64,000 nucleotides of DNA from a virus, in the IMG/VR virus record IMGVR_UViG_3300034082_004296, positions 64,001-128,000 of that record; one strand, written 5' to 3'. Below the pieces are notes generated by a model. The model was not told the origin of the DNA and made no database searches. It saw only the letters and a list, made by a program, of their open reading frames with translations. The translations under genes and the position numbers were made by a program. Shown one piece after another: positions 50,016 through 61,233 of the stretch. Positions within the stretch are counted from its first letter, which is position 1. Each line of letters starts with the position of its first letter.

Positions 50016-52133
50016 ATGGCAGTAACTCCTTTAATTAAGCCAGTTCAGGACAAGAAGGGGATATTTTATAACTTTCAAAGTGCTCTTGAAGACATAAATA
50101 TCACGCTTGCAAATAGCGAAAATGCTGTTCGTTTTTCAAAGTTTGCACTACTTAGAATACCAGAGATAGGTACACCAAATACCCTAGCAACTGATAACAA
50201 AATACAGTTTGCCGCAGCTGGTGAGTCTCCGATAATTGAAGGACTTAATCCAGACAATAACGTTAATTTAGCTGAGAGCTTTCAAAACTATGCACTAAAC
50301 TTAGAATCGTTATTATTAAGTAGACCAACATATAAAAAGAATGAACGACTAACTGTATCTGAAAGAGTCTTTTGGAAGTGGTTAAAGGAACTAGGATCAA
50401 TCAGGTTTCAGGATGCAAATGCTCTTGAAAAAAACACAGCAAACCTACCAGTAGATCCAGTAGATCACACCGAATATCGATTTGTAGAAAAACCCGAAAC
50501 AAATTCTACCTATAATCGGGTAGTAAAATATATTGGTGATATCGATGTCGTAAACACTCTTTCTTCTAGCGAAAACTCATACACCGAAGTTTATATTCAC
50601 GTTCCTACCAATGTAGGAACCACTCCACATGTACTATTTAAGTCAGTAAAGGACGATAATTATAAACCTGGAATGACGATTGCAAATACTCTAGCTGCAC
50701 CGTTAGACATTGAATATCTTTCAGGTAGAAAATATAATGAGACCCATCCATTTGGACTTTCACTAAAGGCCTTTTATGACTTAGACGATGCTAGTGTAAC
50801 TGCCCAAATAAAAAACACACTGGCTGGTGCATACTCTCCAGGTAACTGGTTTACGGGAACAATAAACAATTCATACTATACTGACAATAATGGTTCTAAT
50901 CAATATTATGTTGCATCAGATCAGTTTATCAAAAAGACATTCGGTCCAACCATCGTTGAATATCAGCGATCTACCTTGGATGGAATCTCTATAGATTTTG
51001 ACTTAGCTAACTATAAACTCGCTAGCGAAAACCCGGAAATCAAAGTTTTTTCTCAATTCAATGATTACGTAGCTAATCGTGATTTTGAATTTAATGCGGT
51101 CCTAGTATATTATGATACGTATGATCCAAACAATTTAGATTCTACTGGAAATCCAATCGATTTTAGAACAAACCTATACGGTGTCCTATTTTTAGACAAA
51201 GTTCAACAAAGCGGTCTAGAATTTGCGATTCCTCCAATAAGTAAGTATAAACCAGATCCAATAAGTAAGACCAACGGTAATGCTTTTTCATTTAAGTTAA
51301 ACCTTAAGTTGGATACTTCTATCGAGGACGCAAAAGTTGAAAAATCAATAAACGATTACTCAACCTTTTCTCTAGAGCTATTTACTGATGTTTTAACCAA
51401 GTTCACCCAGCTCCAGACAAGCTTTTCGAATAAATTAATTGAACTAGAGGCTTTACAGCAACAAGTAAATTCAATTAAAGACTTATTAGTTAACTCTATT
51501 GACTCTAGCGAAATCCTAACTAGGGTTTCCAATTTAGAGACTTCTCTTATTGCAAATCAAGCGATTTTTAGCAATACTGGTGAACTTGTTGCAATGATCG
51601 ATAACACTAATTCTAAAATCAATTCAATCATTGCTGGTGATACTAACATCGTCGTATCATACGATTTAGATGGAATCCGACCAGGTGAAGGAATTGTGAT
51701 CGACCGTAGTACACCAAATAGGGTAAGGGTGGTGAACACCAACCAACAATATAACATCGCAAACGGCTCTTTAACAAATATTGTAACGGGAAATACCCTA
51801 ACCTTAGGTACCTTTACTAATTATTTTGTCCATCAAAATGCAAGTACTCCTACCATACTAACTAATGATCTTTCTCTTTACATCAATGATACAGATATCA
51901 GATGGAAAAAAGGTCAAGTTCTTAGATTAGTCATAGAGGATGAAATCATTCCAGGGACATTTGATTTTAAAATATACACAGATGCTCTAAATAGAAATAA
52001 TACTGGTGTGTATGGTGTAGTAATCGGATTATTTAATGACCTAGATTTTACTCCATCATTAAACAAACCTATTTTTGACATCATCTGTTTAGACGATGCG
52101 ACCTTTACATTTAGAGTAGACAAAATAAGATAA
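50016..52133 (+). CDS. Virion structural protein with coiled-coil segment
   Basis: 705 aa in the late operon. Confidence 0.55.
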   Translation: MAVTPLIKPVQDKKGIFYNFQSALEDINITLANSENAVRFSKFALLRIPEIGTPNTLATDNKIQFAAAGESPIIEGLNPDNNVNLAESFQNYALNLESLLLSRPTYKKNERLTVSERVFWKWLKELGSIRFQDANALEKNTANLPVDPVDHTEYRFVEKPETNSTYNRVVKYIGDIDVVNTLSSSENSYTEVYIHVPTNVGTTPHVLFKSVKDDNYKPGMTIANTLAAPLDIEYLSGRKYNETHPFGLSLKAFYDLDDASVTAQIKNTLAGAYSPGNWFTGTINNSYYTDNNGSNQYYVASDQFIKKTFGPTIVEYQRSTLDGISIDFDLANYKLASENPEIKVFSQFNDYVANRDFEFNAVLVYYDTYDPNNLDSTGNPIDFRTNLYGVLFLDKVQQSGLEFAIPPISKYKPDPISKTNGNAFSFKLNLKLDTSIEDAKVEKSINDYSTFSLELFTDVLTKFTQLQTSFSNKLIELEALQQQVNSIKDLLVNSIDSSEILTRVSNLETSLIANQAIFSNTGELVAMIDNTNSKINSIIAGDTNIVVSYDLDGIRPGEGIVIDRSTPNRVRVVNTNQQYNIANGSLTNIVTGNTLTLGTFTNYFVHQNASTPTILTNDLSLYINDTDIRWKKGQVLRLVIEDEIIPGTFDFKIYTDALNRNNTGVYGVVIGLFNDLDFTPSLNKPIFDIICLDDATFTFRVDKIR

Positions 52134-52142
52134 CCTTAATAC

Positions 52143-55100
52143 ATGGAAACAAAACATACGCTATCTGACGTTTTAAAAAGACTTGTTGTTGACATAGACA
52201 ACATGAATCAATTTTTATTCAGCTTACAAAATATTCTAGAGTCAAGCTCAGAGAACGTCACTGTTTCTCAAACAAAGGTTGATGGGACTTCAACCAATAT
52301 CACGGTTCCTTCATTTGGATATCTAAAAGGTAAGATCGAAGACATCAACACAAAGTTTGATACCTTAATCTCAGCAAATAGCGATGTGATTGGAATAAAG
52401 TCTTCTAGTGGAGACCTTAGGAAATTTGAATTAAAAAAGACCTCACAACTAGTAAAAGACTTGGAGGCCGTTCAAAACTCAACCTTTACTGTTCCAAGTT
52501 CATTTAAAGTAAAGAATAACTGGTTTTTTGAATCATTCCTAAATCCTTTGCTCTATGTTAGCTTAGATGTATCTGCTATCTTAACTGATGATATTGATCA
52601 ATTCGTAGTCAAAAGAATCATAGTCAATTCAGTTAATAACGATGATGTTGCAACATTCTTTGACGATAACTATAAAGGACAGAACAACCTTTCTTATCCT
52701 AGCCTAGTTCAGGAGCTTAACGATAATGGTATTGACTTTTTTGAAGACGATAATATCGTTGACATGGAAGTATCAGTAAATAGATATCAAGGATCCTTTG
52801 ATGTAGTTAAGATATTGGAGGAGACTGGAAACCAGACTCTAACAAGCGGAGCAACCGTTTCAACATTACGTCGTCGATATAAGTTAAGTACTCTAGTCTA
52901 TACTGACATATTGTCTGGAATACAAAATAGCAAATCTCTAGCTGAGGGTGACGTTTTACTAACTGCAAACGATACTGAATACCGAGTAATCTCAATAAAT
53001 TCTACGGATACTGAGGTCGTGCTCGAGAGAATATTTGGAAACGATCCTATCACAATAGGTGCAGATATTCTTAAGTTGAAGCCAGTTCCATATCGTCGAC
53101 CTGAATTACAAGTAAATGTAGGTTTTAATGAAAGAGAAGTGATCTTTATTAAACCTGTAAGCAAGGCTAAAAACCTAACAATTAATGATTTTTCTAAAGG
53201 GCTTGCTCTATATACAAATGAGTTGACAATTCCTTTGCAAGACGAGTCCACTACGACCCTCGCCGATTACTATAACAACTTTGTATCTGATTTTGGACTG
53301 ATTCTCTTGAATCTAGCAAAAGAAAAGACATTACCGTCGATCTTAGCTATAACGCCAGATGCGCCAGCCCTAGACGAGACCAGTTTTAAAGTATATCAAA
53401 TAGATCAGCATATCCAAGATGATAATAGCATAACTGAATTAAACAATAACGTAAAGGAAAAAGCCGCTCTTCAGCAAGAGGTTGAGGAACTTAACAAGAA
53501 GATTGACTCGATTAAATCGAGCATCACAACTATTTCCAAGACACCAAAGGAGGCAAAGCGTTTACAAAACAAGTTGACTGAATCTCTTACTGCTCGGAAC
53601 GAAAAAACAGCCGCTCTTTCTTCTATTGTCACTAACATTACAACTCAACTCTCTACGACCCCACAGTTTGTTACCAATAAAAAATATGAAGTTCGAGGAT
53701 TTTGGCAAATACCTAATCCTAAATTAGATAAGTATGGAACTCAAAACGTAGTCCAGTTTAAATACCGTTATCGATACTTAAGTCTTACTGGAACTCAACC
53801 GAACGCTCAACAACAATCATTCGTTGATGTTGATGGAGCAACCAAGACGGCGACCTTTTCTCCATGGACTGAGGTGTTAACTAAACCTAGACAAAAGGTA
53901 TTGGATGAGACTACTGGTCTTTATGTTTGGGCCGAAGAGACTCTTACTGATTCAGAAGTAGTAAACACAAATCAATTAAACATAGCGATTAGAAAAGGAG
54001 AATTAGTTGAGATTCAAGTAAAATCTCTCTCTGAAGCAGGCTGGCCAACGAATGCTGCTGAATCAGTATGGTCAAACGTAATTCAAGTAAAATTTCCAGA
54101 CAATATTCAATCTCAAGAAGAGGGTGTAGTCATGTCTCAAAAAGCATTTACCGAAAAGGCTAGGCTTGATTTTGAAAACAGCCTAAACGCTAAGGGACTA
54201 GACAATCACCTAGCTAATCAGTTTACTTCAGGCGATAAGTTCTATGCTCACCTAGCAGAAGACATTTCTAGTGGGTTTTTTACAAATGAAGGAAACGTCA
54301 TTGACTTATATCAAAAATTAAAAAATCTACAGTCTACTCTAGATGCAATCCAACAATCAATTAACCTTGATCGTGGAGTAATCAAAGTAAGCGTCATCGA
54401 CTCAGAAGGAAACTCATTAGACGTTGCAAACGGAGACACAATTCAACTTTTTGCTGGATATTATAAGGACCTAATTAAGGATACTACTGGAGGAACTGTG
54501 ATCTATAATGAAGGTGCAATAATCACCAAACAGTATGCTATCTCTATTCAAAATACGTCAGCTACAAATCTTGAATTAATTTCCCTATTATTTGGAGGAA
54601 TAAATGAATTAGCTGAAGGGGTAGATCCAGTAACAGGTATATCTGTTCCCACTGATCCGTTAGCATATCCTACTTCAGATTATCACGTAAACCGGAGATA
54701 TGATATTGTTCCGATTGGTGTCAATTCAAATCCAGTTCCTCTAATTTCTAACTTTAAACAAAAAGCTAGTACACAATCGGCTCAAGTAAAGAGCCAATTT
54801 ATTCACTCTAGAGTAAGAGAGTATGGATTGTCTGAAGAGATTTATTCTCCTAGCGTTCCTGCAACAACATACGCTGGAGCTACCTATTATACACAAGCAT
54901 ATGTCTATGATGGCAGAACAGTCGGCACTACACAATATGTTCCAGCAAACTGGGGACACTACTTACCGTTCAATCCTCAGTTATTAATTCCTGGAACAGC
55001 AACTGATTCTAGAATTTGGAATGGAACGACTAATGCATCGTCAATCGCGAATGGCTCTGGATACCTTACTGAATTCTGTATCAGTAAAGATCATCCTCAT

Positions 55101-55769
55101 CTTACTACATTGGGTCCATCATTCAATTCAGTCTATTCAGTTACTACATTGGCTGAAGCATTTCGACCAGACTTTAATGCCGTTGCACCAATCACAGCAG
55201 CAGACTTTCAAAAATACTTACCGTTTGCTCACTCACTTCACTTTGAGACTTCTGTCTCAGAAGTAACTAATGCATATAGTATTGAATATTATAAGCAGGC
55301 AAGTCGAATCACTCCTTTGACTCCATCTAATAACACAACATCGGCTGGTAAGAACGATAGTCACTATCCAATTAAGTTAGGTTTTGTGAAAGATGACGAA
55401 TATCTAATAGGAAAATATACATGCGGTTCATACCTTTATCTATATCCTACTACATATGAATCAGTATCTGTCGAAGGAAACTTCCCAGCGCGATCAGTTA
55501 AGTCTGTCACATTTGGTCCAGAGAATGCATTAAATATCCCAGTATTGTTTCAGTTCAGAGCATCTGATAGGTTGGGATATATTGGAGGATATCGAAGAAC
55601 CGGAGACGCTTTAACTAATATAAAATATTCAAAGAAGCTAGGCATTGATATTATCTTAAAAGATGATGCACCTTTCTCGTTTGATTTACAAGTAAGCGCA
55701 CAATATGCTAAAGAGACTACTCTAGATGCACCATTGGTTCAAAGTAAAGGAAAAGTTTCAAGTTTCTAA
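52143..55769 (+). CDS. Large virion structural protein with coiled-coil segment
   Basis: 1208 aa in the late operon. Confidence 0.55.
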   Translation: METKHTLSDVLKRLVVDIDNMNQFLFSLQNILESSSENVTVSQTKVDGTSTNITVPSFGYLKGKIEDINTKFDTLISANSDVIGIKSSSGDLRKFELKKTSQLVKDLEAVQNSTFTVPSSFKVKNNWFFESFLNPLLYVSLDVSAILTDDIDQFVVKRIIVNSVNNDDVATFFDDNYKGQNNLSYPSLVQELNDNGIDFFEDDNIVDMEVSVNRYQGSFDVVKILEETGNQTLTSGATVSTLRRRYKLSTLVYTDILSGIQNSKSLAEGDVLLTANDTEYRVISINSTDTEVVLERIFGNDPITIGADILKLKPVPYRRPELQVNVGFNEREVIFIKPVSKAKNLTINDFSKGLALYTNELTIPLQDESTTTLADYYNNFVSDFGLILLNLAKEKTLPSILAITPDAPALDETSFKVYQIDQHIQDDNSITELNNNVKEKAALQQEVEELNKKIDSIKSSITTISKTPKEAKRLQNKLTESLTARNEKTAALSSIVTNITTQLSTTPQFVTNKKYEVRGFWQIPNPKLDKYGTQNVVQFKYRYRYLSLTGTQPNAQQQSFVDVDGATKTATFSPWTEVLTKPRQKVLDETTGLYVWAEETLTDSEVVNTNQLNIAIRKGELVEIQVKSLSEAGWPTNAAESVWSNVIQVKFPDNIQSQEEGVVMSQKAFTEKARLDFENSLNAKGLDNHLANQFTSGDKFYAHLAEDISSGFFTNEGNVIDLYQKLKNLQSTLDAIQQSINLDRGVIKVSVIDSEGNSLDVANGDTIQLFAGYYKDLIKDTTGGTVIYNEGAIITKQYAISIQNTSATNLELISLLFGGINELAEGVDPVTGISVPTDPLAYPTSDYHVNRRYDIVPIGVNSNPVPLISNFKQKASTQSAQVKSQFIHSRVREYGLSEEIYSPSVPATTYAGATYYTQAYVYDGRTVGTTQYVPANWGHYLPFNPQLLIPGTATDSRIWNGTTNASSIANGSGYLTEFCISKDHPHLTTLGPSFNSVYSVTTLAEAFRPDFNAVAPITAADFQKYLPFAHSLHFETSVSEVTNAYSIEYYKQASRITPLTPSNNTTSAGKNDSHYPIKLGFVKDDEYLIGKYTCGSYLYLYPTTYESVSVEGNFPARSVKSVTFGPENALNIPVLFQFRASDRLGYIGGYRRTGDALTNIKYSKKLGIDIILKDDAPFSFDLQVSAQYAKETTLDAPLVQSKGKVSSF

Positions 55770-55790
55770 AAAAAATGAACGTACATCAAT

Positions 55791-58700
55791 ATGAGTAATC
55801 GTGACATAAATTATGTTAAGTTATTAACGGAGGACAGTAGTTTTCAATTAGTTAGGACAAATCCTAAATTAACCGGAAACGTTAAGATCACGATAAATGA
55901 ATCAGGAAACCTGTGGTTAGAATCGATAAAAGCGAACCCTGAGCTTTCAAAAGATCTCTATTCTAAAGTTCCGATCAATACTGCTCAATCTCATCCAGCA
56001 AACTTACTTAGATTTTTTAATAATGGATCAACTCCAAACGAGATAATATTTGACCTAAATGAACAGGTGAATGCTACCAAGACTTCTAAGAATTTTAAGG
56101 ATCAGTATGATTTTTCACACTATTTTAGTGGAGCAAAATATTTAGCATCCAATAAGTATACTGAAAGAATGTCGTATTTTGCCCCTCTGTATCTTAAAGA
56201 AGAGGTGCCAGACTATTTTATAATTTTTAAGATAGACGATCCCGCCAATTTTCCACTGGACCAAGTAAAACAAAACTATATCTCTGGGGAGACAAAGACT
56301 GATTACTTAATCGATCTTTTCACTCGAGCTTCAATCATCAAGACATTCGACATTAGAGCAGAAACTATTCCTGGAAAATACTTGAGAGATTACATAAACA
56401 ACGTAAATTTTCCAACAAGTCCATTGACTGTTCTCTATGAAGAGGACGACTTTACTACATGGAATGGCATCTTAATAAATGAAGGAATATTTGGAAGTAG
56501 AGGAGAGTTAATAAACAGTCTCTATACTTCTTCCCAACCTTTAAAGTTCTTTGAAGAAAACATTACTAATGGATTTTCTAGAAATGGTGTGATCTTTCCA
56601 AATATTTTAAACCTAGAATTTGTATTTAATGACGATAGCTCAAATAAGTACGATTTTAATAGATATCTAGGAATGTATGTAAATGCCATTGAGTTGACTA
56701 AGTTAGACATAGATCTTGACCGAGCATACTTAAATAGGGGAACTTGGGAAAACGAACCTCACTTTAGAAAGAGATTCCTAGAGACAGACGAAGCTTTTCT
56801 TACTCAATCAAATCCAGATGGCGTAATCGTTCCTTTTAAAAATTCAGAAGTAAAATTTTCAGACTTTTCAAGAACGTTCGTTGATTCAGACAATCTATTT
56901 ATAAATTACATAAGCGATAAGGATAGCCGGTTATATATGCCGAAACTAACTAATCCATTTAGTATAGAATATGAACCTTTAAAAACAGTCAGTCTTTCTG
57001 CAATTGGGGCTCTAGTAAACGCAAATATTACTTCGCATGGATATGAGACAAACGATCTAATCGTAATTGATTCGATTGACTCTGAGTATTCTGGTGAGTT
57101 CCTAATAACTGTAATAGATCCCAATAACTTTGAGTATACTGTCTCTTCTGCACCAGTCAATCCTACCTCGACTGGAACCTCTAAAAAAGAACTTTCGACT
57201 GGCCAGTTTAGGTTTGCAAATAACAAGATAGACCTTGGATTATTTTTTGGACAGAGTAGAAAAAATTTTTTACAGGACATTGGTACTGCAACTAAGGTTG
57301 CCGGTAAATCACATGCCGTAATAAAAATAAATTATGCAGGTCGTGTAAGTCAGTTTAACTTGTCTTCAGCCGGCACGAGTTACATTGGATCAACTGGTGT
57401 AACTACTACTGGAGGAAGCGGTACTGGCTTGACACTAGATCTAATCGATAACGGTGCAGGTGGAATACTATCAGCTACGATAGATCAACCTGGTTCAGGT
57501 TATCAAGTTGGCGATGTAATCACGATCGATGGCGGAAACAATAACGCAACAATTACTGTTTCAGCTGTCATAAACGCTTCGCTTGACAATTATGATGAGA
57601 TTAAAATATATCATCCAAATGGCACGCAAATTGACTCAATAGGTAAGTATGATTTAATAGTCTCAACTCAACTTTACCCATTGATTCCCAATCCTGGAGA
57701 GTACTATGTCTATAATGATTATGATAATGTCCTAGGATATGATGAGTTTTACATGAATGGTGGAGGCACTGCAAGTCAGATCGCAAGCGCACTTGCCGGA
57801 TGTATTAATGGTATTCGAAGTAGAACATTTACCGCCTATCAATATGATGATCGTGTATTTATTAAAGCCAATTCTCCTGGAGATTTTGATCAGTTACATA
57901 AGATCTCTTTCTTTTCTCCAGTAAATGAATATTCAGTAATCACAATAAATAGCACAAATACTGGATCTGCTCTGATTGGCTCAGTCTTTTCCTTTATGGG
58001 AGGATCTAAAGAAACGGGTAATCGACTAATCATAGATGCTGGTCATCTCAGTAAGATCGAGACAAACTTAGATTCTATTCTTGTAAAATCATCAGATAGC
58101 TGGTCAAAGATCAGAAAAGTATCACAATGGGTTGATGAGATCACTGAAACTAACTCAACTACTCAAGCTCTAAGATCAAAGGCCGTCTCAGAATATGATG
58201 GCAAAATAGCAATAGTATTGGAAGAAAATGAGACTCCAACAATCTCTAATAAAGAATTCCTAATGAAGCCTAAGTTTAGGCCTTCATTTGGTCTACTCTC
58301 TTTTTATCTAATTAAGGATCTAGACTTTGATTTTTACTCAAGTACATACACTAATTTTCCAATAATCGATTTATATCAGCACTATTTTATTCCAGAAGGA
58401 ATGGACCTATTGGAACCAGGCATAGACTATATCGTGTATAATGGTTCAATTTTAACAGAAGGTACGACATATCCAGCAAACTCAACATTTACAGTTTCTA
58501 CGATTACCTCATATTCAGTAGTAACAGGTACTCCATTAGTGACGTATGATCCTTCTACTACAAGTTCAGTGATTCCAGTCAATGATGAAAACAAGGAGCT
58601 TAAGAGTTTTGATGGATTCTCAATCCTAAAGGACCCAAGTAAGATCGTTCAGCAGGACACAAGTAATGAATACATATTTAAGACAAAATACTTAAATGGT

Positions 58701-61232
58701 CTTACTGATACAGAATACGATTACTATAAAGAAAATGAAAGCCTAGATTTTGCTCTACTGTCTAAGGTGATACCATACATCACTAAATGGGGAATTAAGA
58801 ACGGTAAAGACTCTCGAGATAATCCGTATCGATTAAACACTGAATTGATATTTGGTAGAAATAATTTTTCTCCTGACCATGCAGACAGGTCTCAAAATCC
58901 TATTAATTTTACGCATGAATGGTTTTACATAGAGAGCAAGTTTAATTATGTATATGATGAGAGCACTGCTGCACAAAACACAAGTTATTTTGATGTCCCA
59001 CTCAATGAATCGGCTCTTCTTTCTGATCCTGATTACTTTATCAACTATTTTACCTATACTCCAACCTCGTTAACAGGCAAAGAGATAGCTGATACTCAAT
59101 TTAGATACTCATCACTTTATAAAAATGCTGCAGACCAATATGAGGCTTTCTTTAAAGGCTTTAAGTTAACATTTAAAGACGTCACTGACCCTGCTGTTTT
59201 GGGAGCAGATGGAAAACCTGTTGCAAAAGATATTACTGCAAGGTTTGATGGATATAGGTTTAGCTGCATCTTAAAACCAGTATTAGAAGACATTAACGAT
59301 CATACTAAGCCTCCAATAAGATATAGAGTAGTCGAACATAAAGATTACAAATTCATACTAGTAATCATAGAAATATTCATAGGAAGCCTCTCTGAAATAG
59401 ACGATTATTGGAAAGATTCTAGTTTATTTGGTACCACTCAAGTCAGCACATCTAATTTTACAGCCCTGACTCCAAGCTCAGTAGAGTACTTTGACAGTGT
59501 TAATGGAGACTATCGATTATCATTTAACCAAGTATCTAACTTAACTCACACTCTTCTCTATTCCCTAAAGAATAAGAAATACAATACACTATTGAATTCT
59601 TTTTCCAATATTAAAATGGGTTCAAAGCTTAACATTACTCCTACTGGATTCAATGGAGCTAACTATACTATTCGCGCATTAGCTAATGCAAACACCCCAA
59701 ATTATGTAGGATCATTGACTGACGATGTCATCAACCCTACCGATTCTACCCTAATCTTTATAAAAGATCTTAGTACTAATTTTGATATCTTTGTGTGTGG
59801 ACTAGTAAGCTTTGTTCCAACTGTTCCATTGATTAATCCAATAGATTATTCTCTAGAAAAGTTTGTACACTACGATGGCATAAACTATGGAGTTGGACTA
59901 GTACTACCTTCCCTAGCACTATATGGAATACTTCCAACAAGTACCGTTTCCTTTATCAATCAGAATTTTGCTTTTAAAGTAATGACTGGTGGAGAAAAAT
60001 ACTTTGAAAAACTAATTGAAAAGATCTCATTTGCAAAGTTTAAAAAATACATTAATGAGCTAGACAATATCATAGAATATTCTTCGTACTCTCTTAACTC
60101 TGCCGGAGTCTCTGTTCTTAATCCTAATCCTAACTTTTATCTAGAGGTACTTGACGTTAGTTACATTGAAAAACAAAATCAATTAATAACTAACTTTACT
60201 GAGAGCATACCTATCCAGTTTTCTGGACAAGATGAAATCGGTACAGATTACGAAGTAGCAGATCTTCCAGTAAAATATGAACTAAACAGATATAAGGGAG
60301 AATACGAACCAGTCGTTCGAAACTACTCTATTTACCAATCAAATTATAAGTTTACCAAAAACGCAATAAATGATCTTTCTTTAAGTAACACTAAGATAAA
60401 TCCAGAAGTTTCCAATTTTCTGACTATTCAAAACTTTAATCATATTAAAGTAGCAGACACTCAGGTTTTAGTTTTAGAGTCTGACGAATCATACCTACCG
60501 ATTTATCCTAAGATAAGCGAAGTTGCAATCGGTCAAGGAGAATATTTCCTACTTCGAGGTAACTGGGATTGGGGATTCCACTACAAGTATTCAAATAAGG
60601 AACAGTATTCTCCGGTGTCTGGTGCACTGCGAATAGAAGAAGATGATTCATTCTTAGCTAAATTGATAAACTTGCCTGAGATAATAGAACTTAACGATTT
60701 TAATATCGAGTTTATTGATCCTGCAATAGAGTTTAAATCAGTAGATATATCCAAAGTAGAGATAGTTGCTAAGGAGACTCCTAATGCAGTAGAGGGAATT
60801 ATCAACGTAAATAATGTTCTTACTCGATTCCTGATTGAGGATGGGATTGATGCAAAATTTAACGAGTATCTAATAAACTCAAACCAGTATATTGGAAACT
60901 TTACCAGTATTTCTGATCCAGACATAAATGTTTCTTCGTATGTTAGGGAATACATAAAACTTAATATTTTAAAGTTGTATGATATTGATATAAATGCCTT
61001 TTATGCAAAAGAAGATACTACATTAGTGTCAACTAATCAACAGGCTGGCGCAAATCCAAACGCAATAGAATTTGTTTTCCTGGATGATAAGAAACGCTTT
61101 ACTCAAGGTTACAATATATTAAAGTCATTGCAAATAAATAAAAAAGATAAGTTGATACTCCAATTTAGTTTCTTAAAGAAACCAGGTACTGGTCTATTAA
61201 TAAGTCCAAAGATAAAAATTAAATTCATCTAA
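55791..61232 (+). CDS. Very large virion structural protein (1813 aa)
   Basis: Late operon; contains copy 2 of the 77-aa module. Confidence 0.55.
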   Translation: MSNRDINYVKLLTEDSSFQLVRTNPKLTGNVKITINESGNLWLESIKANPELSKDLYSKVPINTAQSHPANLLRFFNNGSTPNEIIFDLNEQVNATKTSKNFKDQYDFSHYFSGAKYLASNKYTERMSYFAPLYLKEEVPDYFIIFKIDDPANFPLDQVKQNYISGETKTDYLIDLFTRASIIKTFDIRAETIPGKYLRDYINNVNFPTSPLTVLYEEDDFTTWNGILINEGIFGSRGELINSLYTSSQPLKFFEENITNGFSRNGVIFPNILNLEFVFNDDSSNKYDFNRYLGMYVNAIELTKLDIDLDRAYLNRGTWENEPHFRKRFLETDEAFLTQSNPDGVIVPFKNSEVKFSDFSRTFVDSDNLFINYISDKDSRLYMPKLTNPFSIEYEPLKTVSLSAIGALVNANITSHGYETNDLIVIDSIDSEYSGEFLITVIDPNNFEYTVSSAPVNPTSTGTSKKELSTGQFRFANNKIDLGLFFGQSRKNFLQDIGTATKVAGKSHAVIKINYAGRVSQFNLSSAGTSYIGSTGVTTTGGSGTGLTLDLIDNGAGGILSATIDQPGSGYQVGDVITIDGGNNNATITVSAVINASLDNYDEIKIYHPNGTQIDSIGKYDLIVSTQLYPLIPNPGEYYVYNDYDNVLGYDEFYMNGGGTASQIASALAGCINGIRSRTFTAYQYDDRVFIKANSPGDFDQLHKISFFSPVNEYSVITINSTNTGSALIGSVFSFMGGSKETGNRLIIDAGHLSKIETNLDSILVKSSDSWSKIRKVSQWVDEITETNSTTQALRSKAVSEYDGKIAIVLEENETPTISNKEFLMKPKFRPSFGLLSFYLIKDLDFDFYSSTYTNFPIIDLYQHYFIPEGMDLLEPGIDYIVYNGSILTEGTTYPANSTFTVSTITSYSVVTGTPLVTYDPSTTSSVIPVNDENKELKSFDGFSILKDPSKIVQQDTSNEYIFKTKYLNGLTDTEYDYYKENESLDFALLSKVIPYITKWGIKNGKDSRDNPYRLNTELIFGRNNFSPDHADRSQNPINFTHEWFYIESKFNYVYDESTAAQNTSYFDVPLNESALLSDPDYFINYFTYTPTSLTGKEIADTQFRYSSLYKNAADQYEAFFKGFKLTFKDVTDPAVLGADGKPVAKDITARFDGYRFSCILKPVLEDINDHTKPPIRYRVVEHKDYKFILVIIEIFIGSLSEIDDYWKDSSLFGTTQVSTSNFTALTPSSVEYFDSVNGDYRLSFNQVSNLTHTLLYSLKNKKYNTLLNSFSNIKMGSKLNITPTGFNGANYTIRALANANTPNYVGSLTDDVINPTDSTLIFIKDLSTNFDIFVCGLVSFVPTVPLINPIDYSLEKFVHYDGINYGVGLVLPSLALYGILPTSTVSFINQNFAFKVMTGGEKYFEKLIEKISFAKFKKYINELDNIIEYSSYSLNSAGVSVLNPNPNFYLEVLDVSYIEKQNQLITNFTESIPIQFSGQDEIGTDYEVADLPVKYELNRYKGEYEPVVRNYSIYQSNYKFTKNAINDLSLSNTKINPEVSNFLTIQNFNHIKVADTQVLVLESDESYLPIYPKISEVAIGQGEYFLLRGNWDWGFHYKYSNKEQYSPVSGALRIEEDDSFLAKLINLPEIIELNDFNIEFIDPAIEFKSVDISKVEIVAKETPNAVEGIINVNNVLTRFLIEDGIDAKFNEYLINSNQYIGNFTSISDPDINVSSYVREYIKLNILKLYDIDINAFYAKEDTTLVSTNQQAGANPNAIEFVFLDDKKRFTQGYNILKSLQINKKDKLILQFSFLKKPGTGLLISPKIKIKFI
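57339..57569 (+). repeat. 77-aa Gly/Thr-rich module, copy 2
   Basis: GRVSQF...AGTSY..STGVTTTGGSGTGLTL...GSGYQVGDVITIDGG...ITVSAV. Confidence 0.8.
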
Positions 61233-61233
61233 G